DNA of 63,803 nucleotides, filler included, from Octopus bimaculoides (lineage: Eukaryota), in the NCBI RefSeq assembly GCF_001194135.2. It is 9 parts of 9 records of this genome, joined end to end, with 100 filler letters (N's around TTAATTAATTAA, not from the genome) between each part and the next. Parts side by side here need not be neighbours in the genome. Positions count along the whole stretch, not along the records: positions 32,023 to 52,578 come from NC_068995.1; positions 52,679 to 58,340 come from NC_068982.1; positions 58,441 to 61,041 come from NC_068981.1; 6 more parts are not named here. One strand, written 5' to 3'. Positions 46,043 through 58,626 of this stretch are shown piece by piece. Made by a program: the position numbers and the translations under genes. Position 1 is the stretch's first letter; every line of letters starts with the position of its first letter. Under the pieces are notes generated by a model, which was not told where the DNA came from, ran no database searches, and saw nothing but the letters and a program-made list of their open reading frames with translations.

Positions 46043-47204
46043 CACTACTACTACTACCACCACCACCACCACTACTACTACTACTAGTTGTTGTTTGGCA
46101 GCAGTTCAACCTTAATTGAGTAGAGCTATGATCAAAAACGCGCCAGTAGTAACAATACAATCCGTTTTACTCTCTCTCTTCATAAATTATCCTGTTTTAT
46201 TTAAGACGGTGGGTACTACATCGTTCTCGACGATGAACATTCGATTGTTCGATCAAGTAGAAACTATCGACTCTTGAAAATAATGTGCTCCGATGTGGCT
46301 AAGTATTCCACAGATACTGTACTCTTAATGCGGTATTGAGTTCGACTCAACGTATCAGAAAGTGACAAAACTGGACTTCCGAATAAACAAGTAAAATCCA
46401 GAGTGTAAGATGGAGAAGGGAAGAGAGAGAGAGTGAGAGAGAGAGGGAGAGAAAGAGAGACAGAGGCAGACAGAGGGAAAGAGGGAAGAAGAGAGAGGGA
46501 GGTAGAGAGAAGGAGTGAGAGAGAAGAAAAAAGAGAGGGGAGAAAGTGATAGAAATAGAAAATGGTAGGGCGTGGTCCGAGTGAGAGCTGGCTTGTATTT
46601 CTAGCAATTCGGCCGGCTGTATAGTGACTCGCTTCGTTTGCACGTCTCCTCATGTTTGATAGTCTGGTCACGTCCAGGAGATTACGACGAGACTTACAGA
46701 GCCTCACCGTTGGCTATTGTATTGTAAATTCTTATGATTCTTAACAACTTTTATATTTTCCTTTCCATTTTAATCTTTTGAGTTAACAAAATCTTATCCG
46801 TTTCCCACAAAATACAATCAATATTGTTACTAATGTACACAAAGCATAAAGCCTGCACAGATGCTGAGGATCGAACTAGAATTTGTGCAGCGTTTCAGGA
46901 CTTAAGTGTTGTGAATTACTGTAATATGATACGTTTTAGTCCAGATAAATATATAAATATATAAATAAATAAATATAGTAATTCTTCGCCACATCACGGT
47001 TCACTTATCGCGGTTTATCATTTAAGCTTACGTCGATTCCTCTATGGTGTTGTTTTGCATTTATAATAAAATAAATATATACAAATTATAAAAATAAGAA
47101 AGAAAAAAAATACAGTACATTCCTGTTTCTACTTCGCAGATTTTCACCTATGGCCTGGGGGTTTTGGAATGTAACACATCTCTCGATAGTCAAGAGATTA
47201 CTGT

Positions 47205-47333
47205 TGGACAACAGCCCCTTAGTTTAGGGTTCAATACCACCACACGACGCATTGGGCAAATGTCTTTTGGTATAGATTCGAGCTGACAATGCCTCGTAAG
47301 TGAATTTGGTAAAAAGAAATTGTGGAAGCCCGT

Positions 47334-47340
<7 letters not shown>
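47205..47340 (+). mobile_element. SINE family B 5' half running into (TA)n
   Basis: GGGTTCAATACC...TTGGGCAAATGTCTT...GTGAATTTGGT...GAAGCCCGTCG. Confidence 0.75.
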
Positions 47341-47380
<40 letters not shown>

Positions 47381-47469
47381 GTATAGTTTGAGAGAATGAG
47401 AGAGAAACAGAGAGAGAGAAGGAGTGACTTGTGTACCTCATTGACTGTGAGAGTTATACCAGAAGAGCG

Positions 47470-47800
47470 CAAGCAGCTACTAGGACCTCCTATGGTGGAC
47501 ACGATAAAGGATAGAGTCCAGACGAATATGGATCACCTCTTCCTAGAGGCAAGAAAAAATGAGCCCTGCGTAGAGCCAACTTAGAGTAAAATCCGACCAA
47601 AATCCGACCCATGGTAACCCATAATCCTGCGAAACCTCTTGGTACCAAAGGGGTTCAGGCGGCCCATAAAGGGCTCCAAGCAGGGTCTAAATCTGGCAAC
47701 TAAACAGCAAAACATGGAGGGTCGGAGACCTGAAGACCAGAACCTTTGCTCTGCTCAGATATTGGCAGCATCAGGGACCCTTGCGCACTCTGGGAGTATG
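47470..47800 (-). mobile_element. RTE LINE ORF2 C-terminal relic
   Basis: Minus strand VFRS..VLLFSC, then RLNPFGTKRFRRIMGYH.SDF (RTE thumb region); frameshifted. Confidence 0.6.
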
Positions 47801-47842
47801 GCACAATAACTGCATTGCTTTGGCTTAAAATCTTAAAGACAT

Positions 47843-47844
<2 letters not shown>

Positions 47845-47874
<30 letters not shown>

Positions 47875-47994
47875 CATACATACATGCAACTTTGTGAATC
47901 AAATGCACGCCTGTAACAGTCAACAATTTACGGAACTGCATTGAGTTCTTTGCGTAGTTAATGGTCTGCTTTGTTCTCAGCAAGGAATCATAGT

Positions 47995-48039
<45 letters not shown>

Positions 48040-48783
48040 AAGACTGAATAGTCTTTATACATACATACATACATACATACATACATACATACATACGTAC
48101 ATATATACATACGTAAATGCATGCATACATACATACACACATATATGTGTGTGTATAAGTATACATGTATGCATGTATGTAGGCGTGTGTGTGTATAAAT
48201 ATGCATGCATATATGTATGCGTGTGTGCGTATAAATATATATGTATGTATGTATGCGTGTGTGTGTGTATAAATATGCATGTATGTATGTATGCGTGTGT
48301 GTGTGTATAAATATGCATGTATGTATATATGCATGTATGTATGTATGTATGTATGTATGTATGTTTGTATGTATGTATATATGTATGTATGTATGTATGA
48401 GTGTACAGAGAAATGTGTCTCTGGTTTTTGAAAGTATCGGTATGTGTTAATGTGACTGGAATGCAAGAGTTTATTGTTCTGTGTCGGTGAAAAGGAAGCC
48501 ATCGATAGACGAAGAGTTGCGAGAGAAGCAAATAAATAAATAAAGTAAAAGAGAAAGAAAGAAAGGAAAGAACGAAAGGAGAGGAAAATGGAGCAGAGGC
48601 GGTTGATGAAAGCAGACAGAGAGGTAAGTAGAGGTAGGGTTAGAGATGGGAGAGAGAGGAAAGATAGACATGTAATAAGTGTAATTAAGAAAAAATAGGG
48701 GAAACAGAGAGAAAGGGAGAGAGAGAGGGAGGAAAGAGATAAAATCTGAAAATGAAAGTAGAGAGAAAGAGAGAGAGAGAGAT

Positions 48784-48850
<67 letters not shown>

Positions 48851-49210
48851 GAGAGAGAGTATGTGTGTGTTAGGTGAGCAATTGAGAGAATGCGTGCATG
48901 TGTGAGTTGAAATAAATGTGAGAATGTAATATGAGGAAGTAACTTATGAATGAGACACACACTAACACACACACACACACACACACACACAGATAGACAA
49001 ATAGACAGACAGACATAGTGATATGTCTGTCTGTCTATAGTGAGACAGTGATAGAGAGAGAGAGAGAGAGAGAGGAGAGAAAGGGAGAGAGAGAAACGGA
49101 GAGAGTGAAGGGGAGAGAGTGTGGAGATCTGCGGGGGGAGATAGCGAGAGATGGATAGAAATAGAGTCTGTGTAATATGGTGACACAGTGCGTGTGCGCA
49201 CGAGAGAGAA

Positions 49211-49256
<46 letters not shown>

Positions 49257-49356
49257 GTGAGGAGATAGAGGAAGACAGAGAATGAGCGTAAGTGAAGGAA
49301 GAGCATGAATGTAAGACAGACAGACAGACAGATTAGATAGTCAGACAGGTAGATAG

Positions 49357-49417
<61 letters not shown>

Positions 49418-49459
49418 GAGATGGATAGATAGGCAGACATACATAGATAGGCAGACAGG

Positions 49460-49507
<48 letters not shown>

Positions 49508-49530
49508 CAGATAGATAGATAGATAGACAG
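47845..49530. repeat. Compound microsatellite field: (TACA), (TATG), about 30-bp higher-order TATGCGTGTGTGTATAAA units, (GA), (GATA)
   Basis: Read directly. Confidence 0.9.
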
Positions 49531-49764
49531 ATGGGCATCTAAGGAGGCGTGAGAATGTCAATGTGAGTGCGTGTGTGTATGAAAGCCTGAGAGGCAAAGA
49601 GAGAGTGGAATGGACGTGAGGAGCAGGAAGAGTATAAGAGATAAGGAGGTTGCTAATGAATGGAAAAATAGAAAATACTCGCTTTAATATACAAATATTG
49701 TTATATTTATATAGAGAGAGATTAGTAGGAGACGACTATGGAAACCAGTTCGTTGTAAAATCGC

Positions 49765-49827
<63 letters not shown>

Positions 49828-49981
49828 TGTAGTAGTAGTAGTATAAGAGGTAGGTGTGATAGTATCGTTGCTGTCTACTATCTACAAAAATATATGCAGT
49901 GTGTTAGGTTTTTATAGAAGTAGTGTTAGTAAGTAGCTCTTGTAATACGTATAATAAGGATGTAGGGAAATGGAACAGAGA

Positions 49982-50031
<50 letters not shown>

Positions 50032-50101
50032 AAGCGGCGGCGGTGATGGTGGTATTGGTTGTAGGCAAGTCGATATAGGAACGTTATTAGTTTGTAACGT
50101 A

Positions 50102-50340
50102 AAGCAGCGAGATGTGAGAGCCGTTACGGTGCCGGACGAAATGCTTACTAAGCATTTCTTCCGACTTTTTGACGTTCTGTGTTCGAATGTTGGTGCTGAG
50201 GTCGACTTTGCCTTTCATCCTTTCGGGGTCGATTAAATAAGTACCAGTTACGCACTGGGGTCGATTTAATCGACTTCATCCCTTTGTCTGTTTTTCTTTG
50301 TCCCCTCCATGTTTAGCCCTCTGTGGGCAATAAAGAAATA
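50102..50340 (+). mobile_element. SINE family A, copy 1 of a tandem pair (TTTGTCTG-type tail)
   Basis: Same tail as 35138-35370. Confidence 0.85.
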
Positions 50341-50360
50341 ATTATTGGTTTGTAACGTAA

Positions 50361-50545
50361 GGTGCCGGACGAAATGCTTACTGAACATTTCTTCCGACTT
50401 TTTGACGTTCTGTGTTCGAATGTTGCTACTGAAAGTCGACTTTGCCTTTCGTCCTTTCGGGGTCGGAAAAAATAAGTGCCGATTGAAATCGACTTCCTTC
50501 TCACCACCCCCTAAAACTGAAAGCTTTGTGCCAAAATCTGAAATC
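50361..50545 (+). mobile_element. SINE family A, copy 2 of a tandem pair (CAAAATxTGAAA-type tail)
   Basis: Head shares private changes with 50102-50340; tail resembles 2027-2250. Confidence 0.8.
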
Positions 50546-50861
50546 GCAGATGTAAGTAGAGTTGTGTTGTTGTGTGTGTGTGTTTTTTTTTTATCTTTGA
50601 CTTGTTGAACTGGTCAGGTGGATGAAGAACTCGACTGCCAGCCTATGTACCGTGAGTTCAAATCAGATCAGATGCTGGCGTTACTTTGTATTTCCGGGCA
50701 CGTAACCTAACAGTTTTACAGTTCTATATTTAAGAGACGAGGAATTATGTACATTATTTACATTATTTACATTTGACGTTATTTGTTAACAGTTTTACTT
50801 CTACTCGTATAGTCATACAAAGTAAAGACCCCGTTCGGTCATGAATGACCATGGGATTATA

Positions 50862-51535
50862 ACCGTTTCTCGACCGGATTGTGACTTGCGATGAAAAGTG
50901 GATTCTTTACGATAACCGGCGATGCTCAACTCAGTGGTTGGACGCCGACGAACCTCCACGGCGCTTTCCGAAGCCAAAGTTGCACCAAAAGAAGGTCATG
51001 GTGACTGTTTGGTGGTTTGCGGCCGGTCTCATCCATCACAGCTTTTTGGCTCCAGGCGAAACCATTACGGCGGAGAAGTACTGTCAGCAAATGGATGAAA
51101 TGCATAAGAAACTCCGACAACAACAGCCAGCATTGGTCAGTAGAAAAGGACCAATTCTTCTCCACGACAACGCTCGGCCGCACGTCGCACAACTGACCCT
51201 GCAGAAGTTGAACGAATTGGGCTACGAAACTCTGCCTCATCCGAATACTCACCAGACCTCTCGCCTACCGACTACGACTTTTTCAAGCAACTCGACAACT
51301 TCCTGCGTGAGAAATGCTTCAAAAACCAAGACGATGTCAAATATGCCTTCAACGACTTCATCGCCACCAGAACGCAAGATTTTTACGCTACTGGCATAAA
51401 TAAACTTCTTTCGCGTTGGCAAAAGTGTGTTGATTCTGATGGTGTTTATTTCAATTAATAAAGTTTTGTTTGAGCCGAGATATGTGCATCTGAATTTAAG
51501 GGTTAAAAACAGCAAGAACTTTCTCGACAACCTAA
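50862..51535 (+). mobile_element. Mariner transposase catalytic domain (D,D34D) with right TIR; 5'-truncated, one frameshift
   Basis: IVTCDEKWILYDN, VMVTVWW, LLHDNARPH, HP-YSPDLSPTDY, RWQKCV..GVYF*; TIR (reverse complement of TTAGGTTGTCGAGAAAGTTCTTGCTGTTTT) followed by TA. Confidence 0.95.
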
Positions 51536-51627
51536 TATATATACACGAGCCTGGTGAGATAGGTTCGTCTGACGAGCCTATGAAGCGTTAAGGTGCATTG
51601 AGCTAAATCAAACTGCTATTAAATAAG

Positions 51628-51703
51628 TTTGTGTCTGCGCGTTGAACCCGGAACCATGTTGTTGGAAAGCAAACTTCTTACTACACAGCCACGCCTGCGC
51701 CTA
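51628..51703 (-). mobile_element. SINE family B head
   Basis: GAACCCGGAACCATGTTG...CTTCTTACTACACAGCCACGCCTGCGCC. Confidence 0.8.
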
Positions 51704-52532
51704 TATGTGTACAAATATTTATATATTTGTATGTACATGCGTGTGTGTATGTGTGTATATGCATGCGTCTGCGTGTGCTATTTATTAACTGTATCTTTGG
51801 AGAGTAACATTCCTGGAAAAACAGATGTGTCATGCATTATCATGTACTACACCACTACACTATTCCATAAATGAACTATGCATTTACAGATAAGATCCAT
51901 TAAAACACATCGTATTATATAACATGTTGTAATGTTACAATCATTACGAAATATTTTGCTTCCTACACCGACAAGCATTACGTTATACAAGATTCCACAC
52001 AAAAATATATCACGTTTCATCACTACCAGCATAATAAACATATGATGAATGAATTAAAAGCATTCCATTAATCTCATTTTACCAATCGCCACACTTGTAA
52101 TAGCCAATAGAAATTAAAAACACAAAGTCCATAAAAACACATAACAACATCCGTTATTATATGGTTTGTGTACGTATGACTATCTGATTTTATCTTGGGG
52201 CATTAATACAATGAATGCCTGGGTGGGGTAGGTTCGAGACAGTCTAGCTTATAAAAATAATGAACGCATTTAGGAGGATGTATTGTAGAGAATTTATTTA
52301 AACACTAGGTACAGGAAAAAGATGACAGTTGCGTTTCGAATGACATGGTCTGAAAGAATAGCATTTATTCCCGCCCAGTATTCACTCACAAAGGAACAAA
52401 TAACCATAGATGCATATATGCATACATACAGGCTTGATACATCCATACTTACATACGCACATACTTATATAGATAATGAGCACGTACACACATATGTACA
52501 TACGTATACCAATACATACCTTCGTACATTCA

Positions 52533-52578
<46 letters not shown>

Positions 52579-53454
52579 NNNNNNNNNNNNNNNNNNNNNN
52601 NNNNNNNNNNNNNNNNNNNNNNTTAATTAATTAANNNNNNNNNNNNNNNNNNNNNNNNNNNNNNNNNNNNNNNNNNNNTATATATATATACTTTCCTCAG
52701 TTCACTTTCTGTTACATGCATGTATACATAGCTTTGAGCCATCTAAATCTGGAAACACATTGCGGCTATTGCTATGCTGCTACCAACTACTTTTTGCAAT
52801 TTTGGCTTCTGTCCAGCTTTTCATGTGCTTTGCCAGCCGACTAAACTAAACGTTCTTTTGACTGGGTGTTTGGTTACTTGTTTGATTCAGTATTCTGTAG
52901 TACTTCATCTCGTTTATTATCCTTTACCTACAAATTATCGATAGATATTTTAGACGCACGTTTGCTTGCATTCGAGAACAGTAAGTTGAAGTCAGAATGA
53001 ACTCTTATACATAACAAATTTTGTTCTCCTTTATGGGAGTAAAGTTTCGCTGGTGGTTGCTAAGCAAACAGACATTTTCAATTTGCCACCAATGGCGGAC
53101 CTTCGAAAACGCTATCAATAAATCATAATTCACGCTAGCATAGTATTCGTGAAAAATTTGAGTATGGAAAACATTCTTACAGAGTTTTCCTTGGTGCATC
53201 TTATCAAGGTACCCAGTAAAACTAGAAAGGTTGTCATGCTGTTGGTGCATCTAAAAAGTTCGCTGTACCCTATGTTCTGTCCGTTTGAGTGCCAACCACT
53301 TTATAGAGTACACGAGGTTTATTTTATCATGGCACTAACAATAGAGCAGTTTCTTTGTCTCCTGCGAGATTAAAGAGTTTCCTTCCTTTTCAAAGCCATT
53401 ATGAGCTGGTGTGTGAATAGACAGGATGACTGAAAGTGTGGAAAAAGAGAGAGT

Positions 53455-54375
53455 ATAAATATGTGTGGGAAAAAGGAAATATCTGCCTGTCCACTTTTGT
53501 CCCTTACAAGCCTTCTAACACCCAATTCTATCTTAACTATTCTTTCACTCGCCCCACCCATACCAAATCTGTCGTACCATTCTCTCAATTCCCTCGGCTT
53601 CGCTGCTTTGCAGTATCGATTCAGATTTCGAATCTTAATGTGATAGTATGTAACAATTCTTCCTGAGGATATCCTCAACCGTTTGTGAACTCTGCACTCC
53701 GCTGTGACCAAGCCATCGACTATATCACCGCTCTTCTACCATTTCCAATAACTTTTTTGACCGAATTCTACTCTCGCTCCTTTTCAACTCTCGTCCACCC
53801 TCATATTGAAACACACTCATCTTTAACTTCCAAGTTCTAATTTCTGATCCTTCAACCATTCTGCTCTTTTCCGCACTAACTCTCTTCACCTACAAACAAG
53901 CTAGGAACCATGATAACCTACTAGTAAGAAGCTCGATCGTATCCAGCTATACACAGCAAGGTACTTGTAAATGCGCTCGCCAACGATGCAACACTTCAAC
54001 GCTTGTCCCAGTATCAGCAATACTACAACCATCAACAGTCCTAAGCCACTGTATCTCATCGTCCCAAATCTCTGATACGCATCTTCGAACATCATATTGT
54101 GCATCATCTGAAAACTTTTCGGTGCACTCTGGATTGATGAAACAAGCAGTGGCCTTGCTGATTGCTTCCGCAGACTCATTCTGTGTACACTGCTATGTAT
54201 TCTAGGACAACTCGTTGCCACCTAACTTAGCACAATGAACCATTCCATTACTCATTTATCGGTGTGCAACATCTCTGCATATCATGGATCTGCACGTTCA
54301 AGTAAACGGAAGGAACAATATTTCCTATTCAAACTCGGAACCATGGCACCGACGAGTTTAAATGAATGCATTTTC
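53455..54375 (+). mobile_element. Penelope-like element 1: RT C-terminus + GIY-YIG endonuclease, decayed
   Basis: YKPSNTQFYLNY...PFSQFPRLR, GYPQPFVNSAL, GTCKCARQRC, SSNIILCI, ..ETSSGLADCF, RKEQYFLFKLGTMAP..LNE. Confidence 0.85.
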
Positions 54376-54655
54376 CTTCTACTCTTTTATCCCCTCCTAA
54401 TATTGTAATCCTGATTTTATCCTTCAGCTACCCTCTAACCTTAAATTTTCCCTTCACCTCACTTTTGTTATCTCTGTCCCACTTTTTATTTCTCTTTCCT
54501 TTTCCCTATCATATTTGTTTTCTTTCAACTATCACCTCCAGTCTACGTATGCACATTCACATTGTTTTGCGTATCCCATCAGTTGCGACCAATCATTCAA
54601 AAATAGAGGAAGCAAAACACTGCCGCCTTGGCTTTATCTCCCAATCATTTCAATT

Positions 54656-54689
54656 CTGAATAAGGAACTCTGTCCGAAATGTTGGTGAC
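54656..54689 (+). ncRNA. Decayed hammerhead-like motif downstream of PLE 1
   Basis: CTGAATA-A-GGA(ACTCTG)TCC-GAAA-TG-TT-GGTGAC; two changes from CTGAAGA...GAAACGTT. Confidence 0.45.
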
Positions 54690-54738
54690 TCCACTCCCTA
54701 CAGTCATTTGAACTTTACTCTACCTACCGCCCTTTTTA

Positions 54739-54790
<52 letters not shown>

Positions 54791-54955
54791 GTCTTTCTGT
54801 CTGTCTGTCTGTCTGTCTATCTGTCTGTCTGTCTGTCTGTCTGCCTGCCTGCCTGTTTGTCTGTCTGTCTGCCTGTCGATCTTAAACTTATATATGCATA
54901 TATGTATGTATGTATGTATGTACGTGCGTGTGTGTATGAATGTGTATGTGTGTGT

Positions 54956-54992
<37 letters not shown>

Positions 54993-55343
54993 TGCGTGCG
55001 TGCTACGTGCTTATTTGTAGGCTATATTTTCCTCTCCATTCCAAAGCCAATAGAAATAGCAAGACAGCTTTATTGGAACAGAAGTATGCATAAAACGAAA
55101 CAACATAAAATAAACTAACATGTTTCTTTATTTCTGTATTTCTTTTAGTTTATCCTGCAATACAGTTGCTGTGTTGCTGAGAAGATTGGGCTTATCTCAG
55201 CAAATGCCCTTAAATAACAAGCTCCAGATAACTTTGAAACAGCAGAATACCGTTAAGGTGTGGTATGATACAATAACACAGTAGTTAACAAGTCACGTTG
55301 GCTAGTTTGCTATGGGTGTATATATATATATATATGTATATAT

Positions 55344-55810
55344 AGCAGACGCCTAGTACCAAACTTTAAAAAACTACTCGCCAAGGCGAAATTTACATTT
55401 AACATTGAAACAATGCATGTTAAAAAATGCGGGGACCCTTGATACAGAACCTGTGAATACATTGAAGAGGGTGGACAAATCTCCTTTAAAAATAATGAGA
55501 TTTTCAAGGTCAATGCAAACATGAATTGCAAAACGAAAAGCTTAATTTACTGTGCAAATTGCATACATTGTAAAGAGTACTATATTGGTGAAACCGGAAC
55601 AGGACTATATGACAGAGTTCGTGTACACAAACAAAAGATTAAAGATCCCCTGTCAGAAACACGACTTGCAGTGGACACTTCGCATCATATAGAAAGGGAA
55701 AATGCACAATCTTCCTCTTCTTTAAGTTATGGTCAGACAACGATCATTTCGGAAATATAAAGAATTTTTTCATCAGGAGGTACAAACCATTACTGAACAC
55801 AAAAGAATGA
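55344..55810 (+). mobile_element. Penelope-like element 2: linker + GIY-YIG endonuclease, 5'-truncated
   Basis: KKLLAKAKF, KKCGDP..RTCEYI, NCKTKSLIYCANCIHCKEYYIGETG...RVRVHKQKI, RRYKPLLN. Confidence 0.9.
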
Positions 55811-56129
55811 TAGTCCAAACTACTCTCACCTCAACAAATAACCGGATCCTCTCCTTTATATATGTATATATATATATATCCAGATAGAAGTGGATGACAC
55901 CCACACTTTCTATCATTCGATCGTTGAAGTGAAGAACAACCCTCAGAGGTAAACTACCATTTCACTAACCCCTCTCCCCACAATGTACATGTGAACTTAA
56001 ATACTTGAGTAGTGTAGATGCGTATATATATGTATGTGTGTGTACGTGTGCAAGTGTATGAGGGTATATGTAGATATACTTGTGTGATACATGCATATGC
56101 ATGTATCAGCTCCTCAGATCTGTTTGACA

Positions 56130-57940
56130 ACGAATGTGAGAAAGTTCTCCAAAAAAGTTAACATGAAATTCTTTTTAACACTGGGCGCATCGGTGAATGA
56201 GATCCTTAAGTTGTAACTGTTAAGTAATCGTCCGTATCTATGGGACTGCAAGAAATTCTTGTCCACTGGTACTTTCTTTTGTGGGTGTTAGGCCCCGGCA
56301 TAAAGGCGATACGGCCCTTAAACTCGCTGGCTGTAAAAGCCTCATTGTAATTGGGGGCTGCAGCGTCAAAAGTGTCTTTATTCGAGGACAGATTCGTAAT
56401 CTTCTTATTGACACCCTTCATCAAACGCTTAAACACAATTGGTAGGTTGCAAGAGGCTGTGTTTAATATACGACAGCCTTTCATTTGGTTTCTGATGGAA
56501 GTTGTATGAACAGGTACTGAAATCGAGCGTATCCTCTAGAACGTTAACTATTGTAAGCTTTGTCTCAATTGTAAGCTAAAGACCAAGGGAGCTAAGTGTG
56601 TGAATTAGGTCCTCCCCAAAACTATCTATGATGTGCCTGTTTGCATCTATAGAGGTAGCTATGGCATCATCTCTCAATAGACCAAAAAGGACTGACGAAA
56701 ACCTCTTCTTTAAGGTGTCCAGCATATATAATCATATAAGGCCGCAGATATCTGCGCTGTCGAATAGCCACATCGACGGAACCTACTGAGTTAGCATGTT
56801 TGATTCAGAAAGAACCTTTGCTGAACAGTAGGGTTTTCTTAGCGTGCATTATTACATCTATACTCTTATTACAAACGTCAGTAAATTCTCTAGATAGCAT
56901 AAGCGCTTTAACTAGTAACCCTTTCTAGGTAGACGGATAAAAATCCACTATATCGAATTGGGTGAATCTTTTCCTGCCTCTATCCCGGTTTGCCTTAAAC
57001 CTTGAAATAATTTCATTAGTAATTCGCCATAAGTTGAGACTGGATGTCCTCCTTATATCACCGTTGATGATTCTCGAAATATGCTTACTCGTCAGCCCAA
57101 TTTCCGACTTAGCTAAGTTAATCAGGCAGCACTTGTGGTTGGAGATGAAGTTGAGTTTGTGATCATTCATGGTGATACAAGCATTTCTCTTAGCTAACGT
57201 TTCCATCCTATCAGCTATCTCTAGATTGCTGGCTAACTGTTGGCTTCGTTTTGTATACTATTGTATGTATGTGTGCGGGGAAGCTCGTCTATAATTTTGT
57301 ATGATACTCTTCTCTAACAGCTTATCATATGTACAGGCATCTACCCTATATGGATGTTTGGTTTTATAAGAGAACAGTAAAGTCCTATCTGAATGTTTTA
57401 CTAAACGTATATCGGAAGAAATCTTGCGCTGCAAAGAGTTGTGGACTTATGGGCTCTGAGTTTGGGGACATAGTAGGTCTGTTTCGAAGACATCAAGGTC
57501 TTTGATTTTGGATGGGAACATTCTGGATTTGATGTTGTAAGTGTTGGCCTTCAAGGGAGCAGTAGTAGCTTGGTCATAGGAGTATTTTTTATTAAATTCC
57601 AAAAGAGATGTTCAGTGAGTGCCCTCATGAAAGAAAATTCATGTTGGTGACATGGAATTTTCCCGCTTACTGACGAGTGAGCAGAAATCGTACATAAACT
57701 GATCCTTTTCGGACTCAAGTGAAACTGGTCAAAGGTAGATAACACCATCTCATCCAGAAGGGTTTTCGCTTCGAAGAATTTCGTTTCAGGGTTTTTTTTC
57801 ACAGCCGGCTGACTGAGACTGTATTCTTACCTCCATCAGTAAAGAGGTTATGCGCCTCCGACAATCAGATTTGATGAGTCATCTATATTGCTAAGATCAG
57901 CAATAGATGTAAAACCAATAGTTACTTTCTGACTGGCCAT
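56130..57940 (-). mobile_element. Penelope-like element 3: N-terminal region + RT, decayed
   Basis: ITMNDHKLNF..KCCLINLAKSEIG, FTQFDIVDFYPS, GLLRDD, KPNE, NKKITNLSSNKDTFDAAAPNYNEA. Confidence 0.9.
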
Positions 57941-58017
57941 AACAAAGGACTAGATTAAATATCATTGCTAAAAAATTTTTTAGAATGATTTTTCGGACTT
58001 ATGAACAACTGACCGAT

Positions 58018-58050
<33 letters not shown>

Positions 58051-58064
58051 TTACAAACATACAC

Positions 58065-58110
<46 letters not shown>

Positions 58111-58212
58111 AAAATGGATACATAAGGGTGGAAAATCACAGGAATAATACCATATGTCCAACGCAAGATACAATATGTGTATTCAATTCCTTCAAGAATC
58201 AATAAATGAATT

Positions 58213-58340
58213 TATAGTATTCAGTCTCTAAAGTGTCTAAAAGGTACGGTAAAAAGACAAGCAAATACAACAATAAAAACTTTAGAAATATCATGTCTTT
58301 TTACCGTACCTTTTAGACACTTTAGAGACTGAATACTATA
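58213..58340. repeat. Perfect 47-bp inverted repeat with 34-nt spacer
   Basis: 58213-58259 is the exact reverse complement of 58294-58340; the right arm ends at the contig edge. Confidence 0.9.
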
Positions 58341-58626
58341 NNNNNNNNNNNNNNNNNNNNNNNNNNNNNNNNNNNNNNNNNNNNTTAATTAATTAANNNN
58401 NNNNNNNNNNNNNNNNNNNNNNNNNNNNNNNNNNNNNNNNATATATATATAATGAGATGAGCTGAAGTATATTTGAATATTACAAAGTCCAACTGTGGAT
58501 GGAAAGAGAATGCTACACATGATTTCTGAACATAAATAGTGTTTACGTTAATATTTCACACATAATGTGGATTTCGTAACTCATACATGCACACACATAT
58601 ATATTATATTTATGCGTGTGTGTGTA

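Noticed and set aside
51560-51595. CTGACGA-GCCTAT-GAAGCGTT
   Set aside because: GAAG instead of GAAA, negligible stem II and no stem I pairing.
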